Source of the DNA: Spirochaetia bacterium
GTDB lineage: Bacteria; Spirochaetota; Spirochaetia; SZUA-6; Bin103
DNA: 64,000 bases
Reading direction: 5' to 3'
NCBI GenBank assembly: GCA_965198005.1
Contig: CBDAOI010000004.1
Coordinates: 480,001-544,000 of the forward strand
In this document: in pieces, positions 52,836-62,492 of the stretch
How positions within the stretch are numbered: the first letter of the stretch is position 1
How the letters are laid out: every line of letters begins with the position of its first letter
Program-made: the position numbers and the translations under genes
The notes under the pieces: generated by a model
Databases searched by the model: none
Told to the model about the DNA's origin: nothing
What the model saw: only the letters and a program-made list of their open reading frames with translations

Positions 52836-53770
52836 GGCTGCCCGGCCGGAGCCAGCGCCGCGCTCAGTCCGGCCGCGGCCAGGAGCAGCAGCGCCTGGAT
52901 CAGGAGCAGCCGGGCGGTGCGCCCCAGCAGCGGGTTCAGTTCCCGGCCCGGCGCGGCGGCCAGCAGGCGCCGGACCAGCGGCACCGCCGGCAGCACTGCC
53001 AGCGCCGGCAGCAGGCCGAGCCCGCGGCGGACGCCGTTGGCGGAAGCGGCCAGCAGCAGCGGCGGCAGCAGCACCCCGGCGGCAACGGTCACCAGGTACT
53101 CGGCGCGCGTAAACCGCGCTCCCAGTCGCACGGCCAGAGTGCGTTTGCCGGCCAGCTCGTCGGTGCGGCGGTCGCGCAGGTTGTTCACCACCAGAATTGC
53201 GGTGGCCAGCAACCCGGGGCCGAGACCGACGGCGGGCACCAGCGGCGGCAGCGCCAGCGCCTGCAGGTAATAGGTACACCCCACCGCGACCGGTCCGAAG
53301 AACAGCAGCACCAACGGGTCGCCGAGTCCGCGGTAGCCGAGCGCCAGCGGCCGGCCGGTGTAGCCGACCGCGGCCACGATCGAGGCTACCAGCACCACCG
53401 CCAGCGGCCAGCCGCCGCGCACCACGCCGGCCACGGCGAGCGCGGCCGCGGCGCCGAACGTCAGCGTTGCGGCCACCAGCACCTGCCGGGCGGGAATCAA
53501 CCCGGCCTGGGTGACCCGCGTCGGCCCCACGCGCGCCGCGGTATCGGCGCCGTGGCGGGCGTCGGCCCAGTCGTTGTGCAGATTGGTGCCGATCTGGATC
53601 AACAGCGCGGTGCCGAGCGCGACCAGGGCCCACAGCGGCATGGCAACGCCATGCCACAGCGCCAGTGCGCTTCCGGTCACTACCGGCGCCACCGCCGCCC
53701 ACAGCGTACGGGGCCGGATCGCCAGCCACCAGCGGCCGGCCGCGCCGCCTCGGGAGGCCAGGGGTCGCAC
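52832..53770 (-). CDS. menA: DHNA polyprenyltransferase
   Basis: RPRTL, NLHNDWAD..G.D and NNLRDRRTD..AGKRTLAV motifs. Confidence 0.95.
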   Translation of the reverse strand: MRPLASRGGAAGRWWLAIRPRTLWAAVAPVVTGSALALWHGVAMPLWALVALGTALLIQIGTNLHNDWADARHGADTAARVGPTRVTQAGLIPARQVLVAATLTFGAAAALAVAGVVRGGWPLAVVLVASIVAAVGYTGRPLALGYRGLGDPLVLLFFGPVAVGCTYYLQALALPPLVPAVGLGPGLLATAILVVNNLRDRRTDELAGKRTLAVRLGARFTRAEYLVTVAAGVLLPPLLLAASANGVRRGLGLLPALAVLPAVPLVRRLLAAAPGRELNPLLGRTARLLLIQALLLLAAAGLSAALAPAGQP

Positions 53771-53788
53771 GTCCGCGCCGTCCCCGCT

Positions 53789-54610
53789 CTAAGAGTGGCG
53801 CGGAAACCGGCTGAAGTCGGGCGGCCGCTTGTCGACGAACGAGTTGCGCCCCTCCTGCGCCTCCGGCGTCTGGTAGAACAGCATGGTGGCCGAGCCGGCC
53901 AGTTCCTGCAGGCCCGCCTGGCCGTCGCAGTCGGCGTTCATGGCGGCCTTGAGGCAGCGCAGCGCGGTGGGCGAGTGCTCCAGCATCCGCCGGCACCACC
54001 GCACCGTCTCGCGTTCCAGGTCGGCCAGCGGCACCACGGTGTTCACCAGACCCATGGCGAGCGCCTCGCGGGCGTCGTACTGGCGGCACAGGAACCAGAT
54101 CTCGCGCGCTTTCTTCTGGCCCACGATCCGCGCCAGATAGCTCGATCCGTAACCGCCGTCGAACGAGCCGACCCGGGGTCCGGTCTGGCCGAAGATGGCG
54201 TTGTCGGCGGCGATGGTCAGGTCGCACATCACGTGCAGGACGTGGCCGCCGCCGATTGCGTACCCCGCCACCATCGCCACGATCGGCTTGGGGCAGGTCC
54301 TGATCTGGCGCTGGAACTCCAGCACGTTGAGCCGGTCGTCGCCGGCGGCGTCACGGTAGCCGGCATCGCCCCGGATCTTCTGGTCGCCCCCGGAGCAGAA
54401 CGCTTTCTCGCCCATGCCGGTGAGGATCACGACTCCGATCGCGTGATCCCGGCGCGCATCGTCGAGCGCGCGCATCATCTCCTCGACCGTAAGCGGGCGG
54501 AACGCGTTCCGGCGCTCCGGCCGGTTGATCGTGATCTTGGCGATGCCGTCGGTCTTGGCGTACAGAATGTCCTGGTACTCGCCCGCCGCCCGCCAAGTCG
54601 TTTCTTCCAT
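53789..54610 (-). CDS. menB: 1,4-dihydroxy-2-naphthoyl-CoA synthase
   Basis: [28 protein letters not shown] and [10 protein letters not shown] motifs. Confidence 0.97.
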   Translation of the reverse strand: MEETTWRAAGEYQDILYAKTDGIAKITINRPERRNAFRPLTVEEMMRALDDARRDHAIGVVILTGMGEKAFCSGGDQKIRGDAGYRDAAGDDRLNVLEFQRQIRTCPKPIVAMVAGYAIGGGHVLHVMCDLTIAADNAIFGQTGPRVGSFDGGYGSSYLARIVGQKKAREIWFLCRQYDAREALAMGLVNTVVPLADLERETVRWCRRMLEHSPTALRCLKAAMNADCDGQAGLQELAGSATMLFYQTPEAQEGRNSFVDKRPPDFSRFPRHS

Positions 54611-54666
54611 AATATCCATAATACCGGTGCTCCTCGCGGCCAATGTGCCGCGCCCCCGCATTCCGT

Positions 54667-55467
54667 TCAACGGTTGCGCACTGCGGGAGCGCCCGGACGG
54701 CCGGCGAACCCCCGGATCAATGCCGCCACCGCGGCCGGCTGCTCCAGGTGCACCGCGTGCCCGGCGGCGGGACAGACGGCGGTACGCCACGGCCCGCCGA
54801 GCGCGGCGATGCGCGCCCCGACCGCGCGGTACTTGTCGTCTTCGGCGCCGGCAATGAACAGGGCCGGGATCGGGAGCCGCGGCAGGGCGGACCAGAGCGA
54901 CGGCTGCACCGCGACGCTGAGCCCGCGCAGCGCCGCGGCCAGGTGGACGGGAGGTTGCCGCCGCCGGCGCCGAAGCAACGCTGGAAACGACGGATGGGCG
55001 CGCAGGGTAGCAAACAGCGGCACCGCGTACCAGCGGTCCAGCCAGGCGCCGAAGGCCGCGCCGTCCGCGCATTCCAGTTGGCGGGCAAGCACGGCGTCGC
55101 GGGCGCGGCGACGGCTGCGCGTGGCGCTGTCGTCGATGCCGGGATCGGCGCCGAGCAGCACCAGGCCGCCGGCGGCCGGCGCATGGCGCAGGGCCGTGTA
55201 CAGGGCCACCCGGCCGCCCATCGAGTAGCCCACCAGAATCGGAGGAGGGGGCCCGAGCGCCGCGCAGGCGGCGGCCAGGCGGCGGGCGGTGGCCGGAAAC
55301 CAGTGCGCCGCCCGGTCGTCAGCCGCGGCCGCGGGCGGGCACGGGCAGGTGCCGTGGCCGGGCAGCTCGAAGGCGGCGGTGGGCGCCGGCGCGAGGGCGC
55401 GGCGCAGCGGGGACCAATCTTCCGGGTCACCCAGGAAGCCGTGCACGAACAGCAGCGGCCGGGTCAT
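54667..55467 (-). CDS. menH: SHCHC synthase (alpha/beta hydrolase)
   Basis: HGFLG, GYSMGGR, DDKY and [10 protein letters not shown] motifs; operon context. Confidence 0.9.
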   Translation of the reverse strand: MTRPLLFVHGFLGDPEDWSPLRRALAPAPTAAFELPGHGTCPCPPAAAADDRAAHWFPATARRLAAACAALGPPPPILVGYSMGGRVALYTALRHAPAAGGLVLLGADPGIDDSATRSRRRARDAVLARQLECADGAAFGAWLDRWYAVPLFATLRAHPSFPALLRRRRRQPPVHLAAALRGLSVAVQPSLWSALPRLPIPALFIAGAEDDKYRAVGARIAALGGPWRTAVCPAAGHAVHLEQPAAVAALIRGFAGRPGAPAVRNR

Positions 55468-57248
55468 GCGGCGCCGATCGCGGCGTCCACCAGACGGCGC
55501 AGCCGGGCGTGCAGCGCCGCGTTGGCGGCGCGCTCGGTGCGCACCTCCACCAGAGTGCTCGCGCCGCGCCGGGCGCCGGTCACGGCCGCGGCCAGCGCAT
55601 CCTCCAACGCGTGTGGTGTGGCCGGCTGCGCATAGCTCATCCCGAACGCCGCGGCCACCGGCTCGAACGCGACCTGGTGCGGCGTGCCGAAGTATCGCTC
55701 GAACAGCTCCGGGAACCCCGGCGCGTCCACCTGCGCCAGCGGCAGCAGCGAGAAGATCCCGCCGCCGCGGTTGTTCACCACCACGATCACGATCCCGCAC
55801 TGCAGTTCCGGGAGCTGGCTGAGCGAGGGCAGGTCGTGCAGCAGGGAGAGGTCGCCGAGCAGCGCGATCACCGGCCGCTTCAGCCCGGCGGCGAGGCCCG
55901 CGGCGCTGGCCACGGCGCCGTCGATGCCGCTCGCGCCGCGGTTGGCGCCGACCACCACGTCCCGGGCCAGGGGGGTCGCGAACGTGTCCAGGTCACGAAC
56001 CGGCATGCTGCTCGCCACGAACAGCCCGCACGCCACCGGTGCGGCGGCGCTGGCGGCTGCGGCAACCATGCGGGCCACCACCGGCTCCGCCAGCCGCTCC
56101 TGGCCGGCAGCCCACGCCTCCACCGCGGCGCAGGCGCGCCGTGCCGCCGCCGCCACCGCCGGCTGATGGCCGGTGGCGGAGCCGGCCGCGAGCCGCGCCA
56201 GCAGTCCGCGGGCGACGATCTCCGGTTCCGCGACCAAGCGCAGGGCGACGGAGTGGGTGGGGTCGAGCCGGCGCGGCCCGGACGCGATCTGGGCCAGCCG
56301 GGGAGCGGTTTCCTCGATCAGGGTCAGGTATCCCTTGGCCACCACGGGGGCCCCGAACTGCAGCACGACGTCGGGATTGAGCAACGCCCGGCCGGGCGCG
56401 CTCTGCAGCAAGAGCTGCAGGCCCGGGGTTCCGTGCGCGCCGCCGGCGCAGTCGCCGAGCAACGGCCAGTGCAGGTGGGCTGCCAGCGCCTCGAGCGCGG
56501 CCGCGGCGGTGCGCGGCAGGCGGCCGGCGACCAGCAGTCCGCGCCGGCCTTCCGCCGCCAGCGCGGCAATCGCGGCGCTCGCGGCGTGGCCGGCGGCGCC
56601 GTCCCCGGCAGGAGGAGCGGTGCGGTGGTAGGTGGTGAAGGGCGCGCCGCCCGCCGCCCAGCGTGCGCCCAGCGCGCCGCGCACCGGCACCTCCGGCACC
56701 GGCGTCGGCTCCAGCGGTTCCGCGAACGGACAGTTGAGATGCACCGGGCCGGCCGGCGGCGCCGTGGCGCGGAACACCGCCTGATCGATCGTGGTGAGCA
56801 CCACGCGCGGGTCGATGCGCGGCGTGGGCACGGGCAGCTCCGCGTCCCAGCGGACATGGCCGCCGAAGAGGCCGCGCTGCCGAATGGTCTGGTTGGCGCC
56901 GGCGTCGTGCAGCTCCGGCGCGCGGTCGGCGGTGAGCACCACCAGCGGCACGTCGCTCAGCGCCGCCTCGACCACCGCCGGCAGGAAGTTGGCCACCGCG
57001 GTGCCGGACGTGCACACCAGCGCCGCGGGCGTCCCCGTGGCGCGCGCATAGCCGACGGCGTGAAACGCGGCGCCCCGTTCCTCCAGGCAGACGCGGGCGG
57101 TCACCCGCGGATGGCGCGCCGCCGCCACCACCAGCGGCGTGGAGCGCGAGCCCGGCGCAATCACGAAATAGCGGCAGCCGGTCCTGGTCAGCTCTTCGAC
57201 GACGAGCTGCGCCCAGTGCGTGTTGGTGCCGTGGCTCTCCTCGAGCAC
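55464..57248 (-). CDS. menD: SEPHCHC synthase (TPP-dependent)
   Basis: PGSRSTPL, CTSGTAVAN, GANQTI, NRGASGIDG and GDLSLLHD..NNRGGGIF motifs. Confidence 0.96.
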   Translation of the reverse strand: MLEESHGTNTHWAQLVVEELTRTGCRYFVIAPGSRSTPLVVAAARHPRVTARVCLEERGAAFHAVGYARATGTPAALVCTSGTAVANFLPAVVEAALSDVPLVVLTADRAPELHDAGANQTIRQRGLFGGHVRWDAELPVPTPRIDPRVVLTTIDQAVFRATAPPAGPVHLNCPFAEPLEPTPVPEVPVRGALGARWAAGGAPFTTYHRTAPPAGDGAAGHAASAAIAALAAEGRRGLLVAGRLPRTAAAALEALAAHLHWPLLGDCAGGAHGTPGLQLLLQSAPGRALLNPDVVLQFGAPVVAKGYLTLIEETAPRLAQIASGPRRLDPTHSVALRLVAEPEIVARGLLARLAAGSATGHQPAVAAAARRACAAVEAWAAGQERLAEPVVARMVAAAASAAAPVACGLFVASSMPVRDLDTFATPLARDVVVGANRGASGIDGAVASAAGLAAGLKRPVIALLGDLSLLHDLPSLSQLPELQCGIVIVVVNNRGGGIFSLLPLAQVDAPGFPELFERYFGTPHQVAFEPVAAAFGMSYAQPATPHALEDALAAAVTGARRGASTLVEVRTERAANAALHARLRRLVDAAIGAA

Positions 57249-57271
57249 GGTGCCGGCTCCGCCTCTCCGGC

Positions 57272-58780
57272 TCAGACCACGTCCAGAATCTGGCGGATCT
57301 TGTGCTCCATTTCGGCCCATTCGGCATCGGCGATCGAGCCCCGCACGATCCCGTCGCCGGCGTACAGATGGAGCGTGTCGCCATGGGCGACCCCGGAGCG
57401 AATGCCCACGGCGAACTCGGCCGCGTCGGCGCCCAGCCAGCCCACCGGACCGGCGTACCAGCCGCGGTCGAACGCCTCGATGGACGCGATCAACTCCGCC
57501 GCGCCGTGCTTCGGGTAGCCGCCGACCGCAGGGGTCGGATGGAGCTGTTCCAGGACGTCCGCCACGCCAACCTCGGGCCGCAGAGTGCCGCTGAAGGTGG
57601 TGTGCAGATGTTGGACATGCGCGAGCTTGCGGATCGTCACCGTATCCTGGGTGTCGACCCGGGTGCAGAGGCGGCGCAGGCTGCGGTCGATGCCGGTGTG
57701 CACCAGCCAGTGTTCGCGCAGCTCCTTGTCGGAGCGCAGCAGCTCCCGCTCCAAGCGCGCGTCCGCGGCGGCGCCGTCTCCGCGCGGCCGCGTGCCCGCC
57801 ATCGCCTCGGTCTCCACCGTGTTGCCGGCGATGCGCAGCAGGCGTTCGGGCGTGGCGCCGAAGAAGCTCACGCCGGCGGCCGGTTGCAGCACGAAGTGAA
57901 AGGCTTCGGGATTGATCACGCGCAGGCGGTGCAGCAGGGTAAGCGCGCATACCGGAGTGCGGTAGTGCAGAGTGGTGCGCCGCGCGAGCACGATCTTCTC
58001 CAGCGGCCGGCCCACCCCGATCCCGCCGCGGCCGATCCCGTTGCTGCCGTTGTGCCCAGCGCGCTCGTGCCGGCTCCGGTCGAAGCGGCACAGCAGGTCC
58101 GCTACCAGCCGGCGCCAGCGCGGCAGCTCGGGCACGTGCGTACCGGGGCCCACCGGCGTGAGCCGCGCGTCTGCGGGGGCGTCGGCGTCGCCGTCCAGGG
58201 CCGGCCGGCACCGGTGGGCAAAGTCGCCGAGCGCCGGCCCGAGCCGGTCGCGTTCCCGGTGCCGGAAGTTGCAGGCCAACCAGGTGCCCGCCGCGGTGCG
58301 GACCAGCTCGAGACGCGGCAGGATGAAGCGGTAGGCGCCGAACTGTTCCCACGGTGGTTCGGGCGAACGGGCCGCGGCCGGCGCCGCGAACGCGAAACCG
58401 CCGTACACCCGCTGGCGCCGGTTGCCGATCAGGCGTCGGACCGCGGCGCACACCTCCGCAAACGAGGCCCCGGACGGCCCGTCCACGACCGCGACGCTGC
58501 CGACGCCGGCGCTCTCCAGCGTCCCGGCGCGATCCCGCCAGTAGTTGTGCTGCGCCGTCAGCCGCGCGCCGGTGCGGGCGAGGTGGCGCAGGAAGGAAAG
58601 CGGATCGGTGCCGCGTAGCGGCAGCTCGGCGCGCCAGCAGGCGGCTTCGGTGTCCGGTTCGTAGAGCTGCCAGGGGCCGGGGTGCAGCGCCTCGAGCGCC
58701 GCGCCCACGCCGGCCGGCGGCGGCCTGGTGGCGGTGGAGGATGCGGTCGGGGACGCGCTCGAGACCGGTGATCGGCGCAC
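57272..58780 (-). CDS. menF: Isochorismate synthase
   Basis: KIVLAR, GATPERL, KELREH, LHPTPAVGG and RGWYAGPVG motifs. Confidence 0.93.
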   Translation of the reverse strand: MRRSPVSSASPTASSTATRPPPAGVGAALEALHPGPWQLYEPDTEAACWRAELPLRGTDPLSFLRHLARTGARLTAQHNYWRDRAGTLESAGVGSVAVVDGPSGASFAEVCAAVRRLIGNRRQRVYGGFAFAAPAAARSPEPPWEQFGAYRFILPRLELVRTAAGTWLACNFRHRERDRLGPALGDFAHRCRPALDGDADAPADARLTPVGPGTHVPELPRWRRLVADLLCRFDRSRHERAGHNGSNGIGRGGIGVGRPLEKIVLARRTTLHYRTPVCALTLLHRLRVINPEAFHFVLQPAAGVSFFGATPERLLRIAGNTVETEAMAGTRPRGDGAAADARLERELLRSDKELREHWLVHTGIDRSLRRLCTRVDTQDTVTIRKLAHVQHLHTTFSGTLRPEVGVADVLEQLHPTPAVGGYPKHGAAELIASIEAFDRGWYAGPVGWLGADAAEFAVGIRSGVAHGDTLHLYAGDGIVRGSIADAEWAEMEHKIRQILDVV

Positions 58781-58786
58781 GTTCGT

Positions 58787-59533
58787 TCAGCCCGGCTTGT
58801 GCGCCCGGTAGATGGCGGCGATCCCGAACGTCAACGCCAGATGGCTCGGACGCCGGAACCCGGTCTCGGTGAGCAGGCGGGTGAATTCGCCGCGACTCGG
58901 AAACGATTCGACCGAACGATTCAGGTAGCGGTAGGCGGCGGCGCTACCGGAGATCAGGCCCCCGACCAGCGGCAGCACGTGGCGGAAGTAGAACAGATAC
59001 GCCGCGCGCACGAGCGACTGCTGCGGCAGCGAGAACTCCAGGATCGTCACCGTCCCGCCCGGCCGCAGCACGCGGTACATCTCGGCCAGCGCGAGGCGAT
59101 AGTCGGCCACGTTGCGGATGCCGAACGCGATGGTCACCGCGTCTACGCTGGCGGCCGGTGCCGGCAGCGCCAGCGCGTCGCCGTGACATAGCCGGATGGC
59201 GCCGCGCACGCCACGCCGCACCGCCTTGGCTCGGCCGCGCTCCAGCATCTCGGTGGCAATGTCCACCCCCGTTACCCGGACGCGGGGGTCGAGGGCGGCC
59301 AGCATCAGCGGCAGGTCCGCGGTTCCGGTTGCGATATCGAGAATGGTCTGAGGCTGATGTGCCAGTACCAATTGTGCCGTCAATTTCCGCCACCGCTGAT
59401 CGCGCTGCAGCGAGAGCACGCGATTGAGGGTGTCGTACCGCCGGGCGATTCGGTTGAACATCGCGCCGATCTGATCCGCGGCGCGCGTCCGCACCAGGGT
59501 TGGCACACCCGCGGTGCCCGCGATCGGAGCCAT
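58787..59533 (-). CDS. menG: Demethylmenaquinone methyltransferase (UbiE/MenG)
   Basis: YDTLNRVLS, LDIATGTAD, AFGIRNV and RVLRPGG motifs. Confidence 0.93.
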   Translation of the reverse strand: MAPIAGTAGVPTLVRTRAADQIGAMFNRIARRYDTLNRVLSLQRDQRWRKLTAQLVLAHQPQTILDIATGTADLPLMLAALDPRVRVTGVDIATEMLERGRAKAVRRGVRGAIRLCHGDALALPAPAASVDAVTIAFGIRNVADYRLALAEMYRVLRPGGTVTILEFSLPQQSLVRAAYLFYFRHVLPLVGGLISGSAAAYRYLNRSVESFPSRGEFTRLLTETGFRRPSHLALTFGIAAIYRAHKPG

Positions 59534-59541
59534 TGTGTAAG

Positions 59542-59570
59542 AATTTACGGCTTCGGTGGGCGTTGTGCAA
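59542..59570 (-). promoter_or_regulatory. Promoter of the men operon embedded in the thiQ 3' end
   Basis: TTGCAC-N17-TAAATT ends 8 nt before ATG 59533. Confidence 0.55.
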
Positions 59571-60741
59571 CCTGCTCAGGATCTTCGGAGGATCCTCGGG
59601 GATCCGCGGGATCTTCGCGATCCTCGGCGAGCGGCACGACCGCCGCGCGCGGGTCGAAGCGTACCGTTACGGCCGAGCCGGCGGCGGGCAGACTGCGCCC
59701 GCCCGGGACCGGGACCTGCAGGCCGGTGGTGCCCACCAGTACGGTGGCAAGGGCGGTGAGGCCGCGGAACGAGGTGTCCCGCAGCGTGCCGTGCAGGGTG
59801 AGGTGGGTGCGGCCGGTGTGAGGGACGGCTCGGTCGCGAGCGCCGGTGGGTGACTCCGGCCCGGCCAGATCGATCCGTTCCGGCCGGATCAGGACCGTTC
59901 CGCGCGCGCCGGGTGGAGCGGGATGGTCGTAAGGCAAAGCTCCGATCGCGGTTTCCAGGGTACGCTCCTGCCCGGCGCCGCGCACCGTGCCGTGCAGGAT
60001 GTTGGCGCGGCCCAGGAAGCGGGCCACGAACACGCTGGCGGGGCGCTCGTACAGGGCGCGCGGCGCGCCGACCTGGGCGACCCGGCCGGCGCGCATCACC
60101 GCCACCCGGTCGGCCACCGCCAGCGCCTCTTCCAGATCGTGGGTGACGAACAGCGCCGTCTGCCGCAGCCGCCGCAGGATGCGCGGCAGGTCGACCAGGA
60201 GCTGTTCCCGCAGCGGCCGGTCGAGGCCGGCCAGCGGTTCGTCCAGCATCAGCAGGCGCGGGCGCGGCGCCAGCGCGCGGGCCAGCGCCACCCGTTGCGC
60301 CTCGCCGCCGGAGAGGGCGTCCACCGGCCGCCGGCTGAGGCCGCTCAACTCCACCAGCTCCAGCAGCTCCGCCACCCGCCGGGTGCGTTCGGCCGCACTC
60401 CAGGCCTGCATCCGCAGCCCGAAGGCGACGTTGCGCGCCACGTCCAGGTGCGGAAACAGCGCCTGGTCCTGAAACACCAGTCCGAAGCCGCGCCGGTGGG
60501 AGGGCACCCCCGCCACCGACTGTCCCTGCCAGCGCACGTCGCCGGTGTGCGGCTGCAGCCCGGCAATTACCCGCAGCAGGGTGGTCTTGCCGCACCCGCT
60601 GGGCCCGAGCAGGGCGACGATCTCGCCGGGCCGGGCGGTCAGCGACACGTCGGCCAGCACCGTGCCGCCGCCCAGTTGCACGGCCACCCGCTGCACCTCC
60701 AGCGCGTCGCCGGCGCCGGTCATGGCCGTCACGGCGGTCAT
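59545..60741 (-). CDS. thiQ: Thiamine ABC transporter ATP-binding subunit
   Basis: GPSGCGKT, LSGGE and LDEP motifs; operon with thiB/thiP. Confidence 0.85.
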   Translation of the reverse strand: MTAVTAMTGAGDALEVQRVAVQLGGGTVLADVSLTARPGEIVALLGPSGCGKTTLLRVIAGLQPHTGDVRWQGQSVAGVPSHRRGFGLVFQDQALFPHLDVARNVAFGLRMQAWSAAERTRRVAELLELVELSGLSRRPVDALSGGEAQRVALARALAPRPRLLMLDEPLAGLDRPLREQLLVDLPRILRRLRQTALFVTHDLEEALAVADRVAVMRAGRVAQVGAPRALYERPASVFVARFLGRANILHGTVRGAGQERTLETAIGALPYDHPAPPGARGTVLIRPERIDLAGPESPTGARDRAVPHTGRTHLTLHGTLRDTSFRGLTALATVLVGTTGLQVPVPGGRSLPAAGSAVTVRFDPRAAVVPLAEDREDPADPRGSSEDPEQVAQRPPKP

Positions 60742-60746
60742 GGCGG

Positions 60747-62462
60747 TCAGAAGTCGCGCGCCGCGGCGACGCGCAGCCGTTCGATGGCCGCCACGCTGAG
60801 CGCCGTGGTCAGCATCAGGATGGTCGCCAGCGCCATCCCCTGGCCGTAGTTGGCGGCCCCGGGGCGGGACAGCGAGCGGAAGATGGCGGTGGTGATGGTG
60901 GGCAGCTCGGGCCGCGCAATCAGGGCGCTGGCCCCGAATTCGCCGAGCGAGATGGCGGCCGCGAACAGCGCCGCGCTGGCCACGGCCCGGCCGAGCACCG
61001 GCAGCTCCACGTGGAAGAAACGCTGCGCCGGCGCGGCGCCCAGCACCGCGGCGGCTTCACGCAGCCGCGCCGGCACCGCCTGCAGCCCGCCAGCCAGCGC
61101 GCGAAACACCAGCGGCAACGCCACCAGGGTGTGCGCCACCGGCAGCAGCACCGGCGACGCGCGCAGGTCGAGGCCCGGCAGCCCCAGGGCGAGGATGAAG
61201 CCGAAGCCGATGGTGACCGGCGAGGTGCCGAGGGGCAGCATCACCGCCACGTCCACCAGCCGCTGCAGCCACGCGCGCCGCAGCCCGATCGCCGCCCAGG
61301 CGGCCGGCAGCCCCACCGCCAGGCTGAGCACGGCGGTCAGGGCGGCGAACAGCAGCGAGTTGCGAATCGCCAGCAGGGGCGGCACCGTCAGCGCCGCCCC
61401 GCGCGGGCGGCTGCCGAGGCGGGTGAACAGGGCCAGAGTGAGGCGTCCATCCTCCACCGAGAACAGCGCGCGCAGCGCCAGCGCCGCCAGCGGCACCACC
61501 AGCCACACCAGCAGCGCCCCCACCGTGAGCGTCACCAGCAGCCGCTCGCCGCCGGCCGCCGGCCACCGCTCGTGGGTGGCGGCGCGCCCCAGCCGGGCGG
61601 TCGCGCCGTAGTGGGCGGCCGCGCTGCTGTAGGCGGAGGTGACCAGCGCGGTGAGCAGGAGCTGCAGCAGCGACAGCACCGCGGCCGCGCGCAGGTCGAA
61701 CAGGGTGACGGTCTGCAGATAGATCTCCACCTCGAGGGTGGCGAAGCGGCCGGCGCCCAGCAGCAGCACCACCCCGAACGAGGTGAAGTCGAACAAAAAC
61801 ACCAGCAGCGCCGCGGCGATGATGGGCCGGCTCAACAGCGGCATGGTGACCGCGCGCCAGCGGCGTAGCGGTCCGGCCCCGAGCACGGCCGCGGTCTCGG
61901 TGACGCGCGGATGCATCTGCGCCCAACTGTCCCCCACCAGCCGCACCACCAGCGCGGTGTTGAAGAACACGTGGGCGGCGATGATCGCCCCCGCGGTGCC
62001 GGCGACCTGGATCGCGGGCAGCCCGGCAAGATCCAGCAGCTGGTTCACGAAGCCGCGCGGTCCCAGCAACGCCTGCCACGCGGCCGCCACCACCAGCGTG
62101 GGCAGCACGAACGGCACCAGCGTGAGCGTGCGCAGCAGCCGCTTGCCCGGAAAGCGGTAGCGGGCGAACACGTAGGCGGCCGGCAGGCCGACCGCCAGCG
62201 TGCACAGGGTCGAGACCGCCGCCTGCCAGAAGCTGAACCAGAGGGCGCGCAGCGTGGTGGCCGCGGTCAGGATCTGCCGGATGCCAATCCCGCTCTCGGC
62301 CCCGCTGCTCAGCCCGCGCAGGATGATGGCAGCCAGCGGGTAGAGGTAGAACAGGCCCAGAAACGCCAGCGGCAGGAGCCACAGCCAGTGGCGCAGACCG
62401 GGCCGACTGAAGACAGCCTGCCCGGTCTGCCCAGGGCGGTCGTTATGGGCCGTCTTCGTCAC
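60747..62462 (-). CDS. thiP: Thiamine ABC transporter permease
   Basis: Duplicated permease domains with E.AAVLGA loops and SLGEFGA. Confidence 0.87.
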   Translation of the reverse strand: MTKTAHNDRPGQTGQAVFSRPGLRHWLWLLPLAFLGLFYLYPLAAIILRGLSSGAESGIGIRQILTAATTLRALWFSFWQAAVSTLCTLAVGLPAAYVFARYRFPGKRLLRTLTLVPFVLPTLVVAAAWQALLGPRGFVNQLLDLAGLPAIQVAGTAGAIIAAHVFFNTALVVRLVGDSWAQMHPRVTETAAVLGAGPLRRWRAVTMPLLSRPIIAAALLVFLFDFTSFGVVLLLGAGRFATLEVEIYLQTVTLFDLRAAAVLSLLQLLLTALVTSAYSSAAAHYGATARLGRAATHERWPAAGGERLLVTLTVGALLVWLVVPLAALALRALFSVEDGRLTLALFTRLGSRPRGAALTVPPLLAIRNSLLFAALTAVLSLAVGLPAAWAAIGLRRAWLQRLVDVAVMLPLGTSPVTIGFGFILALGLPGLDLRASPVLLPVAHTLVALPLVFRALAGGLQAVPARLREAAAVLGAAPAQRFFHVELPVLGRAVASAALFAAAISLGEFGASALIARPELPTITTAIFRSLSRPGAANYGQGMALATILMLTTALSVAAIERLRVAAARDF

Positions 62463-62492
62463 GCCCGCCGCCCGCTTGCTTCAGTCCCGCAC

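Noticed and set aside
51357-58451. Giant fusion proteins implied by the ORF track (956-aa MenE, 995-aa MenD; also 1197-aa TGase, 668-aa ATPase, 467-aa UppS)
   Set aside because: The N-terminal extensions are Arg/Pro/Gly-rich off-frame reads through upstream genes; real starts with SD, overlap or promoter evidence lie downstream.
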